64,000 nucleotides of DNA, from the NCBI GenBank assembly GCA_026967815.1, contig JAPUUO010000001.1:4034-68033 (forward strand), in the 5' to 3' direction. The notes under the pieces are model-generated. The model did not search any database, was not told the DNA's origin, and saw only the letters and a list, made by a program, of their open reading frames with translations. The translations under genes were made by a program, and so were the position numbers. Positions 37,001-44,169 of this stretch are shown piece by piece (positions within the stretch are counted from its first letter, which is position 1; each line of letters opens with the position of its first letter). Source of the DNA: Candidatus Bathyarchaeota archaeon (GTDB taxonomy: Archaea > Thermoproteota > Bathyarchaeia > Bathyarchaeales > Bathyarchaeaceae).

Positions 37001-39724
37001 TTCCGCGAGGGCGGCCGTCATTGGTGGTTCATGTCAAACGGCGTGACGGCGGTTGATACTTCAAGGGTGTTCCAGGGACGTGTGTCGCTGAGGTCATCGC
37101 AGAGCGGAGCGACGACTTCGAAGCCGTGCGGATGGATAGCCGGCAGCGACAACGAGTTCATCCCTGCCAAAAAGGGCGATGTCATAACCCTGAGCTGCTG
37201 GGTGTGCTGCGATAATCCCTCTGCCATTGACGGAGACGTAGTAGCGGAGATATATTGGCGCGACGCAGCCAAGCAGCGAATAGCCACGTCGGTCTATAAC
37301 CACGCTTCTTTCATGCCGTCCGGGCCGGGGACTTGGACGCTCCGCTCTCTGACGAGCGATGTTGCTCCCGAGGGTACTGCGTATGCGGAACTGCGCTGCC
37401 AGCTGACGCAAAACGGCACGGTGTGGTTCAACGGCATCAAGGCGGAGTACGGCGCGAACACCGCTCCTGTATGGACTCCTTTTGCCGAGGGTACGGCTCT
37501 GGACGGCCAGTCTGTGACATACGCCAAATCGTCAACGGCATCCCAGCCGTCCGACTCGGCTTTCACGGCCACGAGCATCGGCCAGCTCGGACTCGCCCCG
37601 GGTGAATACATGTGGAGCAAGACGGAGGTAAGATACTCCGACGGCACGGTGACAAAGAGCTACATGGTGGCGCGTGTCGGCACGGACGGCACGGGCGGAT
37701 TGCCGGGTGCTCCGGGCAAGGATGGCAAGACCACATACGTCCATTTCGCCTACGCAAATTCGGCTGACGGCGTAAAGGACTTTTCCACAACGCCTTTCGC
37801 AGGGGCGAAATACCTCGGCACATGCTCGGATTTCAACCAGCCCGACCCGACCACTCCGTCAAGCTACCAGTGGAGCGAATACAAGGGCTCGGACGCCGTG
37901 ATATACGAAATCATACCGAGCGTAGACAAAATCACGCGCTCTTTCACGGGCGAGCTGTCAGCTTCATCGGTAAGATGCTCGGTCTACAAGACCGTAGGCG
38001 GCACACGGACACTGACCGTAGAGAAATATCTTAGATACACGCGCTACCCCGACGGCGCGACAGGTGCGATGCCGCATCTGGGCATATCCGTAAACACCGT
38101 TGACATTCTTGACGACACTACCGAAGTAGTGTTCGAGCTTTACAACAGCTCCACGGAGCTTAACGAAGCAAACCTGCTTGACCGCGAGAGGGTGCTTGTG
38201 CTGACGGATGCCGCGGGGCTTGAAATCGGAGGCACGAACCTGCTGCGCAACTCGGCTGCTACAATAGAGCGGACGTACACCGATTACGGCGACCATTTCT
38301 TCCCATTGCCAGACCGCACGATACACATGGAGCAAGGGAAAGTCTACACAATATCCGCGCAGACCAACGCGGAGTTCATAGACCCATCCAAGCACAGCAA
38401 CGTCAACGGCGGTGTCCTCGGCTACTGGGTGTCGCTGTGGATAGTCTCGCCCTCTCCGCAGCCAACGGACGGCAGCGCGGTCAATATACTTGTGACAGGC
38501 GAGGACATGGCTTCGGACGGCAGCAAGGGACATGTGTTCAAGTGGCTCAAACCTACAGGCGACTATGTGCTTCGAGTCAACTTCTACGCTCCCGGCACAT
38601 GGTGGGTCAAGAAGATAATGATTGAGCGCGGCAATGTGGCCTCTGCATGGTCTCCGAGTCCCGAGGACATGGACTATCTGACCCGCGCCCTGCGCGAGAG
38701 CATCACCATGGACGGCGGTCTGCTGCTGGCCACTCTCATCAAGCTGGGCTACACAGACCCCGGCGGTCTGTACAAGGTGATGGCAGGTGTCAACGGCTCG
38801 TACACCTCTCCATCCGACATAGCTTTCTGGTCGGGAGGCGAGATGGTCGACAAACTGCCTCCGCAGTCCGTTGCCTCGGTGCAGGCCGCTTCGGAACTTG
38901 CGGCACAGGCAGAGGGAGCTACCTATGTGATGCGTATGAACGGCACCGGCTACATGGCCGACGGTGTGCTGCGCTTTGAAAAAAATCATATAGGGGTGGG
39001 CGACTCAGTGATACTCGACAACTCAGGGCTGCATCTGATGGACGGCGACAGCGAAAGACTTCGCATCGCCAACACCCCGATTGACGAAAAGTTCCTCAAT
39101 GCGCAGTTAGGCAAAACTGAAATTTCCGCAGGACCCTTCTCTGGTAGGCTGGCTTTCGTGCGAAGGTATTCGCCCCACGACAACGGCACGTTTTATCCAC
39201 GTTCAGGCATGACCGTTGAACTATGGAGCGGCACTCTTACGAAGGACTCGTTCGTGTCATTGTCCGTATCGTATTTTGACAACCTTGTCCGCGTAGGGAG
39301 CGATGTTGTCAATCCGTCTTGGTCCGCCCGTCCATACATTGAGGTGACAAGGGGGAACAAGTACACACACTTTAAAAGCAGCAGCAGCACAGCAGCCAGC
39401 TTCACAGTCCCCGAGGATGATACATATTACATATTTCTGCGCATAGACCAGGACACATATACAGGCGGCTCGCCATCGGATCATAATTCAATAGATGTGG
39501 AGTACAGCTCAATCAAACTTGCAGGCTATTCCTCGCCTCCTACCTCGGTGGGACTCACCCTCGGAAATAACGGATTCGCAGGGATATTTGACAAAATCGC
39601 CTTGATAGCCAACCCCGACGGCATAACCATGATGGCGGGGAACTACGGATTGAGACTGACACCAGCCAGAGGCATACAATACAACAAGACCGGTCTCGAC
39701 ACCGGGTGGACAAACCTCGTATAG
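31070..39724 (+). CDS. Giant tail fibre / host-specificity protein (2884 aa, Tal-like N-terminus)
   Basis: TTG start (the frame opens at 31064 and there is no upstream ATG). Contains repeated YxW(T/S)(R/K)..Y(T/S)DG motifs, short collagen-like GxxGxxG runs, and three internal N(L/I)LRN..VW(T/S)P modules. Confidence 0.8.
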   Translation: MIPDIIKVGFPDYATLTHATVSLADMGEKSIATQIKIDAAVAPDFSHDWELRFQGERYIMPLRKPQGSKDNTTLNATIDLTFQHWAIYQLKRWMFFSLPDVETGSPSPDKWVVPLQLNLRDFCAVFARVLEYWYGDTITLDLNPAWKFKAEPSTVDISYSFIWDVLIKLYEIYAVRWFIEPTGDADHYVIRIGYPAVEVEHIFEYGFEGGLLKVERQVQSEEIRNMLLGRGGDKNLPLRYFKDKDPGNPKFSPDPDWVQELANIYFDRLRGATFRSYVQGWKAAHISEYPGYTAVGEDNAYAPWAYRKGYTDAKFDPVEYVKDDESILLYGPLLGALDDNDDFYPTIQGTGLDIAVDVEQILSDDVQQSSDATSVISDVKGGSLTQVIWHGTTASFVIPCGDFIVPPDSVGVLVTASTGASAYWWDWVKHDKKVFREQFAPNDFEILSTDIDVFDSAGNKLSSSVGIPPGAYTCRVRYEVINKMGQHVDLVTTISCNGLKLTTSASSKQWSNTFDIWVKNIWDSAPLPSESDAAYARRVWEPVLGDREGSEAKVLFTTGNLAVSDDYEFTIVEYPVPDSSKSYTSPDGVTHQSHWRIRLAKSDADLESTGVYVPSTKRQGAPGDRFVFIGTEMTHIPYVVDAERRLDDWKTDNLADFKDIRPTWVVTTDRVRLNNEGRPDALIGQLRIGNSIRLADSRFIQPVGDKAYETLYLQSLTITYREPSSDDAALNPDVEIVLGNDYAVSANPVSTMQGDISAIQQQLGSISNVEQIVRAVGDSLYLRKDGISDRSLSPTQFFSLLTSGDFRNGVVGGAGWGFFKDEDGNWVLETDRINVRSDLQVNNLVINQVSARGGMQIDTAASITITKVIETQLEYVCYFDQKNGSVANLFKVGDVAMSMVYDENWDTDANLVKAYRRRVTAVAPDSISLTKERDGDLRPSWWIDNGVNGSGVPSVGDVVVHFGNYNEKARQYVKVRDVVGGGYERFIDGLDSVNASGVEYFFVGRQAGMYGDRPRWFVGDTNGYIEWVNGHLDIKGRISVLSTIGGKPVGDYVSDAAKAEADKAKAELEASIKALQEQVDGVIESFSGFGAPSLTNFPAVEWTTDAERKAHDRDIYTDRTPYVDDATTPTSGHSWKWYYNTPTDYGWTKIADSDAVKALQMAQMSVRDSDVYFISHTSATSAPPLPVIGINGEITDAKGWSTSAPAWQQDKYIWQTTYTVKGDGSVSFTDPTCISGRNGKGIASITEQYYLSTSRDNPVGSSVGWTDRDHREQWTVGKYWWTRSKITYTDGTSEYIGEVCVTGADGVDGTSVLARYSSDLANWHPTMLATDIYMQTSSDGGKTWSPAVRMTGSDYTENLMLKTEERIELTYSTDGDHWSGWPDRTIHMEQGQTYTISGRTNAEAFTNVHTASIGLSRCVLWICSNPQSPQGEVNQVVSGTDMATDGSTGHTFVWTRPTGDYYLRTNFYSAGTWWVEKVKVEKGRNPSPVWTPNSSEMVGVDGRWQKMQWAKNNSETAAPTSGWQDTPLSALPGEYIWTRSGWVIPPATEPSSYGDAVRITGDAGSNGSDVYRLDLDNEMAAVAVRPDGGLDSNSVLPTANASVYKGATKLTSGVVFSIPQYDGVAGVSISPEGKVQVLGTVMSNVARITVQAVVDGLTLTTIMTVYKVKPGHDGASAKVVVVNADSQVFSYADDFSGSPSPSAIRITASVQGIASPAYSWSYKFPGDADFTAYGAETGAVLTLSPTWQQWGNRRSVTWRCTVDGVHDEVTVAKVSSGKNGTDGTDAYTVLLTNESHTFAGDESAALASSAECSVVAYKGAVQTAVTIGTVTGAPQGMSVQTANNGTTSAKITVSVTPSLKQRQGVLKIPVSVDGKSFTKDFSWSLALKGEAVTVDKGKSSVTYQTSTNYTTPPTGQWLTAVPSVPNGHYLWTRTIVAYTDGNSTTAYSVARQGVNGTDGTNGTNGDSYTNNILRNTDFREGGRHWWFMSNGVTAVDTSRVFQGRVSLRSSQSGATTSKPCGWIAGSDNEFIPAKKGDVITLSCWVCCDNPSAIDGDVVAEIYWRDAAKQRIATSVYNHASFMPSGPGTWTLRSLTSDVAPEGTAYAELRCQLTQNGTVWFNGIKAEYGANTAPVWTPFAEGTALDGQSVTYAKSSTASQPSDSAFTATSIGQLGLAPGEYMWSKTEVRYSDGTVTKSYMVARVGTDGTGGLPGAPGKDGKTTYVHFAYANSADGVKDFSTTPFAGAKYLGTCSDFNQPDPTTPSSYQWSEYKGSDAVIYEIIPSVDKITRSFTGELSASSVRCSVYKTVGGTRTLTVEKYLRYTRYPDGATGAMPHLGISVNTVDILDDTTEVVFELYNSSTELNEANLLDRERVLVLTDAAGLEIGGTNLLRNSAATIERTYTDYGDHFFPLPDRTIHMEQGKVYTISAQTNAEFIDPSKHSNVNGGVLGYWVSLWIVSPSPQPTDGSAVNILVTGEDMASDGSKGHVFKWLKPTGDYVLRVNFYAPGTWWVKKIMIERGNVASAWSPSPEDMDYLTRALRESITMDGGLLLATLIKLGYTDPGGLYKVMAGVNGSYTSPSDIAFWSGGEMVDKLPPQSVASVQAASELAAQAEGATYVMRMNGTGYMADGVLRFEKNHIGVGDSVILDNSGLHLMDGDSERLRIANTPIDEKFLNAQLGKTEISAGPFSGRLAFVRRYSPHDNGTFYPRSGMTVELWSGTLTKDSFVSLSVSYFDNLVRVGSDVVNPSWSARPYIEVTRGNKYTHFKSSSSTAASFTVPEDDTYYIFLRIDQDTYTGGSPSDHNSIDVEYSSIKLAGYSSPPTSVGLTLGNNGFAGIFDKIALIANPDGITMMAGNYGLRLTPARGIQYNKTGLDTGWTNLV

Positions 39725-39742
39725 TTACATCTCTTGACAACA

Positions 39743-39772
39743 AGAGGCGCAGGGATTTCTCCTTGCGCCTCT
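39743..39772. terminator. Bidirectional terminator between convergent operons
   Basis: 13-bp stem AGAGGCGCAGGGA / TCCTTGCGCCTCT with loop TTTC, followed by GTAATTTGTAATT. Confidence 0.65.
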
Positions 39773-39828
39773 GTAATTTGTAATTAAACTTGGAATTTGT
39801 CAATTCATGGATTGGTTGATTCCAAATT

Positions 39829-40182
39829 TCAGAACGGTAAGTCGTCGCCCCCCTGTGTCGGCTGTGTGGGTTGTGCCGGAGCAGACTGCGGTTGCGGAGT
39901 GGGTTGCTGTGTCGGGGTCGCTTTCCACGCCGACGCGCTCATACATGTGCGCCCATTGTATTCTCTTGTGGAGAAATCAATCTCCACTTCATACTCCACG
40001 CCCTGCTTGATGTCCAGTTGTTCGATTTTATCGCCCATTACGTCAAACAGCACGGACTTGGGATATTGTTCGTTTGAGTTGTCGTACTGCAAGATGTAGG
40101 ACGCTCTGCGCCACTCCTTGCCATTCTTGCTTGTGCCGCTTGCCACTGGCATTGCGGCGGTAATGATGCCCTTAAAAGTCAT
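39829..40182 (-). CDS. DUF3127-like OB-fold protein with SSB-type acidic tail
   Basis: MTFKGIITAAMPVASGTSKNGKEWRRASYILQYD..REYNGRTCMSASAWK matches the DUF3127 pattern as recalled. A Pro/Gln-rich linker ends in GGDDLPF. Confidence 0.6.
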   Translation of the reverse strand: MTFKGIITAAMPVASGTSKNGKEWRRASYILQYDNSNEQYPKSVLFDVMGDKIEQLDIKQGVEYEVEIDFSTREYNGRTCMSASAWKATPTQQPTPQPQSAPAQPTQPTQGGDDLPF

Positions 40183-40420
40183 TGTTGGTTGTTGGTTTTG
40201 GTTGATTATTAAATTTGTTTACATACTCTTTCTTCGGCGCGAAGCCAAGTATCTGCTTCGGTTTGATTTCGTCCACCTCGCGTATCTTATCCGCCGTGCA
40301 GACGATGTAACGTGTCTTGAACAGCGTCTTGCGATACGCCTTGACGTAGCCGACACGATGGAATTTAGACCCATCGCGGTAGACGTAATACTCAATTCTG
40401 TCATTCAAATTGTAGTCCAT
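40172..40420 (-). CDS. Hypothetical protein
   Basis: 82-aa ORF. Confidence 0.45.
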   Translation of the reverse strand: MDYNLNDRIEYYVYRDGSKFHRVGYVKAYRKTLFKTRYIVCTADKIREVDEIKPKQILGFAPKKEYVNKFNNQPKPTTNNDF

Positions 40421-41369
40421 TGTTAGTTATTGGATTGGTTTGTTTTCTTTCCAATAAAGCAATCACCTCGTCCGATACAATGCGGTTGTGGTTGTAATGT
40501 CCCTCCCGGCGTTGGGGCTTGCCCTTTCGGTATCTGTGGCTATTCATTACAATATAGTTAATATCAAGCCCCATGCACAGAAACTTTGATGTGCTTTGGT
40601 TGCTAATCCCCGTTATTCGACTAAACTCTGAAACACTTAATCGCTTGCCCTTATAAATAACATACGAATTTCTCCGCGTGTTATTCATCTGTTCAATCAT
40701 TGTCGCCCAACGACAATTTTCGGGGCAGTAGTCGCCGTTTACATCTATGCGGTCGATTGAATATTCTTTGCCGGGACGCTCGCCCATGTCACTCACGAAA
40801 TTTTCAAATCCATTATCCCCATTCCAACGGTCGCAAACTTTGATGCCACGTCCACCGTAATATTTATAGGCGTGTTTATTCGGGTTGTTGCACCTTCTTC
40901 TCATATCCATCCAAATTTGATAAAGAGGATGTTCAGCAATCCGCTCTGCAAAGTCAGATGAGGCACTGCGTCTATTCTTTCTACCATTCTCAGCTACCAT
41001 TGCAATTCGTTCTTTGGTACGGAACAAACATCCACATGATTTAGTATGTCCGGTTTTTAGGCAACGCGCGCTTGTCGTTATGTGCCCTCCACAGTCGCAT
41101 TTGCATTTCCAATACGACCCTGTCCCTTTCTTTATGTTGTCTTTCTCAATAACGGTAAGCAATCCGAAACGCATACCTATAAGGTTGGGAGTGTTACAAT
41201 CCTTGCAGTGGCGCGTCTTGCCTATGTACTCTCTCCGAATAATAAACTCTTTGTTGCATATAGGACATAGACACAAATATCGCCTCATGTGTCCTTTATC
41301 GCAGCCCAAGTCTGCCAGTAATTTCACTCCGTTGTACGTTTCGCCAACTTTAATATCTCGCCATGTCAT
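40401..41369 (-). CDS. Zn-finger/HNH-type homing endonuclease with C-terminal HTH
   Basis: CxxC-rich N-terminus (LCLCPICNKEF..HCKDCN; WKCKCDCGG..KSCGCL). YSIDRIDVNGDYCPENCRWATMIEQMNNTRRN is an HNH-like core. LSVSEFSRITGISNQSTSKFL is an HTH. Confidence 0.65.
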   Translation of the reverse strand: MTWRDIKVGETYNGVKLLADLGCDKGHMRRYLCLCPICNKEFIIRREYIGKTRHCKDCNTPNLIGMRFGLLTVIEKDNIKKGTGSYWKCKCDCGGHITTSARCLKTGHTKSCGCLFRTKERIAMVAENGRKNRRSASSDFAERIAEHPLYQIWMDMRRRCNNPNKHAYKYYGGRGIKVCDRWNGDNGFENFVSDMGERPGKEYSIDRIDVNGDYCPENCRWATMIEQMNNTRRNSYVIYKGKRLSVSEFSRITGISNQSTSKFLCMGLDINYIVMNSHRYRKGKPQRREGHYNHNRIVSDEVIALLERKQTNPITNNGLQFE

Positions 41370-41400
41370 ATTGTCTATTTATTAGTTGTAGACACAAAAA

Positions 41401-41599
41401 GCGGTGTCATTTGCGCTGTTCCAAGATGATAGCACCCCGAAAGGCGTTAATCTTACGCAATGACACCGCCGTATGCGGATATAGTAAGGGCATAAAAATA
41501 GCCCAAACAATATGTTGAGCGATAACCGTCGCCCATCGGAGTAGGTTACTACCATCTTGGAACACTGCAAATTTACGAATTATTTTCGACATAGCCAAA
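41401..41599 (-). promoter_or_regulatory. Canonical promoter plus interleaved inverted repeats (structured RNA / attenuator candidate)
   Basis: Minus strand has TTTG (41599-41596) - N20 - TAAATTTG (41575-41568). A 12-bp IR is TGTTCCAAGATG 41417-41428 / 41553-41564. A 14-15-bp IR is 41401-41415 / 41456-41469, followed on the minus strand by TTTTTG. Confidence 0.45.
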
Positions 41600-41600
41600 T

Positions 41601-42308
41601 TTAATTGGGGCATTTCCCGCTCAGAATATCCTCCATACGGACATCGTTCTTGCTATCAAGTTCATCTATTACGTCTTGCGGAACGTCAAGCAACTTGCAG
41701 GGGTCGTATTTGAATCCGTGTTCCTCCGCATAGGCTCTTGCCCGACAATATGAGCAATCATCGAATATGCGCCCCTCCAACACTTGCGTTTCCACAAAGG
41801 CACGATACCGACATTCTGACTTACAACGAGCCATAAGCACCCTTACGGGTTTTATCTGCTGTTCCTCGTCCTCCTTAATCAGTTTCAGCTTGACGGCAAT
41901 ATCGGCAATCAGTTTAATCGTTTCGGGGTCTAAGTCCTCGCCCTTTTCCATAAGCGACAGCGCACGGTTCACAAGCACTTTGAGGGCGTTGTCCTTGCGA
42001 GAGTCGTTGATTACATCGCTCGTCGCAATCTTTACCGTCCCCTTTGTCAATGCCTCCAAATGCGCCCTCATAGCGTCCATGTATGCAATATTATTCGGAT
42101 GCGAGAAAAACATCCGGCACTCTCGCTGACCGGCTTTATTCAGTTTGCCGTTTCTGTCGCATAGTTCAGGATGGAACAGCGCGTATGCTGTCGCATTAGA
42201 GCAAGCGTAGAGAAGCGGAAAGACCAAGATGTCTTTCTCCAATTTGCTCTGCTTGAAATCGTCGTTGTTCGCCGGACGGTGGAACTGAATCTTTTCTGTT
42301 TCTGCCAT
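41601..42308 (-). CDS. Hypothetical protein; weak small-terminase-like HTH pattern
   Basis: From ATG 42308: MAETEKIQF... The segment LLYACSNATAYALFHPE..AGQRECRMFFSHPNNIAYMDAM loosely resembles Terminase_2-type N-termini. The C-terminus is Cys-rich. Confidence 0.25.
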   Translation of the reverse strand: MAETEKIQFHRPANNDDFKQSKLEKDILVFPLLYACSNATAYALFHPELCDRNGKLNKAGQRECRMFFSHPNNIAYMDAMRAHLEALTKGTVKIATSDVINDSRKDNALKVLVNRALSLMEKGEDLDPETIKLIADIAVKLKLIKEDEEQQIKPVRVLMARCKSECRYRAFVETQVLEGRIFDDCSYCRARAYAEEHGFKYDPCKLLDVPQDVIDELDSKNDVRMEDILSGKCPN

Positions 42309-42309
42309 A

Positions 42310-42591
42310 TCACACACAATAAATTCTAAGTTTTCGTATAGCCGCATCTATCAGTTTTCCCACAACATATGGAGGCGGCATTTTTAGTTTGTCAGAGTTG
42401 CTTCTGCGCCACTTCTGCAAATAGTGAAGTCCATAAATTACCGCATCGTGTCCGATTCTGTTGTGGTCTAACTCGCATTGGTCACCACAACGCATCGAAT
42501 CGCACCGCAGTTTGCAGTAGCCGATACCGTTAATATCTTCGTCTTGCAGGAAACAGCATTCTCCGCAATAAGGGGTATTGTGGTTGGTCAT
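42310..42591 (-). CDS. Cys-rich small protein
   Basis: 93 aa with multiple Cys pairs (YCGECCF, CKLRCDSMRCGDQC). Confidence 0.45.
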   Translation of the reverse strand: MTNHNTPYCGECCFLQDEDINGIGYCKLRCDSMRCGDQCELDHNRIGHDAVIYGLHYLQKWRRSNSDKLKMPPPYVVGKLIDAAIRKLRIYCV

Positions 42592-42998
42592 ATATCTTCA
42601 TTTGCTTTATACACTAATCTCACGTCAATATCGTGGAAATACTTCATCATTTTGAGGCGTAATGGCACGTCACGACTTAGAAGCAACGGTGAGGACTTGA
42701 CATCCTCCACAATCAACTCACCATCTTTTATATACGAGAAATCCGCCGTATAATGTATGGGTAACATCACCGTCCGCTCGCAGATTTTATCCTTTGTTTT
42801 AAGGTGCTTGACATACTGCTCTTTTTTCGCAGGGAGCAACTCCCAACGAGGCTGTAAGGTCAGCTCGCTTATAAGCCCATTCTCCTGCGCCTCTTTCAGC
42901 ACAAGATAGCGTTTGCCCTCCTTGGTGGAGTCAAAGGTTATGCCGTCAATCACGACTTTCTTATTCCGATACTTATTCTTTGCCGCTTCCATCTTCAA
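42588..42998 (-). CDS. DUF1064-like PD-(D/E)xK nuclease (resolvase-like)
   Basis: KYRNKKVVIDGITFDSTKEGKRY..YTADFSYIKDGELIVEDVKS matches the DUF1064 pattern. Confidence 0.6.
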   Translation of the reverse strand: MKMEAAKNKYRNKKVVIDGITFDSTKEGKRYLVLKEAQENGLISELTLQPRWELLPAKKEQYVKHLKTKDKICERTVMLPIHYTADFSYIKDGELIVEDVKSSPLLLSRDVPLRLKMMKYFHDIDVRLVYKANEDI

Positions 42999-43338
42999 TC
43001 CATTTGGGTACGAGATAGGGATAGCGTTTATCGCCTATAATCAAATGCGTTGTTTGGGAGGAGAAATCTACCTCAAATCGCGCATGGTATTTAACCAACA
43101 GCTCTTTCAGTTCCGAGAGAAAAGCGGTCTTGGGGTCTATCGGTTCTAAATTGCAAGCACATATAAAATGTTCTGTCATTTCACCGCTTTCCACGTTTTT
43201 CATCCTTATTCGGCAAAAACCTTTATTGTCCTCGTCCGCTGACACTTCGCCCACACAACCCTTTTCAAAGGTTATGTAGTCAAAGCACACGGTTCTTCTC
43301 ATACGGGCTTTATCGCCTTTCTTTAATTTCTTATCCAT
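42973..43338 (-). CDS. Hypothetical protein
   Basis: 121-aa ORF. Confidence 0.45.
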   Translation of the reverse strand: MDKKLKKGDKARMRRTVCFDYITFEKGCVGEVSADEDNKGFCRIRMKNVESGEMTEHFICACNLEPIDPKTAFLSELKELLVKYHARFEVDFSSQTTHLIIGDKRYPYLVPKWIEDGSGKE

Positions 43339-43531
43339 ATCTTTCCATTAAAGCGTTAAACAATCTGACATGAAAGGTTTTGATTGGCTTACACTCTACG
43401 CCCAAATGCTTGCTTATCCGCTCTCTCAACTCGGCATTACTTATGAATAATGCGTCATAATCGTAGCCCATCTCTCGCTGTCGTTTGACATATTGGGCGG
43501 CATCGCGGCATATCTCCTCAGTGGACTTCAT
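43331..43531 (-). CDS. Hypothetical protein
   Basis: 66-aa ORF. Confidence 0.4.
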   Translation of the reverse strand: MKSTEEICRDAAQYVKRQREMGYDYDALFISNAELRERISKHLGVECKPIKTFHVRLFNALMERYG

Positions 43532-43544
43532 TGCTTATTTGTAA

Positions 43545-43823
43545 TCATTCTAAATTAGATGTTTTGCTTCTCAGTTTAATTGTCATTGGCTCGAAACCGA
43601 CACCTCTTTGTATTTCACCGCCGAATCCATTATGCGATAATTCGTTGAGCAATGCCCAATAATGGAGTAACGGAGTGCCCTTATGCTTTTCAATTATCGC
43701 CCAAGCAGTCAGTTGTTGCTCGGGTGTAAGGCGGCTCATATCAAACCGCACCTCAACAGACCAATCAAACTTTTGATTTGGGTCGTACTCGATTATGCCC
43801 TTTCCGTTAATAATCGTTTTCAT
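43545..43823 (-). CDS. Hypothetical protein
   Basis: ATG 43823 (MKTIINGK..) with ATGA overlap to the upstream stop. Confidence 0.45.
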   Translation of the reverse strand: MKTIINGKGIIEYDPNQKFDWSVEVRFDMSRLTPEQQLTAWAIIEKHKGTPLLHYWALLNELSHNGFGGEIQRGVGFEPMTIKLRSKTSNLE

Positions 43824-44167
43824 TCTTCGCTTACCTCCACAATGATACACTGCTCCTTGTCAATACCATCTTTCCCTATCCCCTCCACGACAGCCCACGC
43901 CTCCCAACGCTCCATCAGCTTTGCGATTGTCATACTCTCGCCATAAATGCTGCGGAGCATAAAGGTAAATTCGGGCGAGTTGATGCGGAAACGGCAGATG
44001 TTGGTGATTACGCGCTTGTCCTTTCGCCATTCGCAATGGAATTGCACCACGTCGCCGATTTTCGCAGCTTGCAATGTTTGGTTACAGTAGAGTCCTATCG
44101 GTAGTACAACTTGTGCCACACTTCTCGTCTGAGGGGTAGGGTGCTGTATCTTTATAGGTCGGGGCAT
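43820..44167 (-). CDS. Hypothetical protein
   Basis: 115-aa ORF. Confidence 0.45.
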   Translation of the reverse strand: MPRPIKIQHPTPQTRSVAQVVLPIGLYCNQTLQAAKIGDVVQFHCEWRKDKRVITNICRFRINSPEFTFMLRSIYGESMTIAKLMERWEAWAVVEGIGKDGIDKEQCIIVEVSEE

Positions 44168-44169
44168 AT

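Noticed and set aside
33200-38989. Three very long antisense ORFs inside the fibre gene (33200-34162, 35951-37021, 37964-38989; 320-356 aa)
   Set aside because: They lie entirely antisense to a clearly coding, GC3-rich region. Their translations are Arg/Ala/Gly/His-rich low-complexity strings without motifs. This is the typical stop-codon depletion artefact of GC-rich coding sequence.
31070-39724. Possible diversity-generating retroelement targeting the fibre (a YADD tetrapeptide is seen in the fibre)
   Set aside because: No reverse-transcriptase ORF exists anywhere in the window, and no template/variable repeat pair was noticed. The YADD lies inside the fibre ORF and is coincidental.
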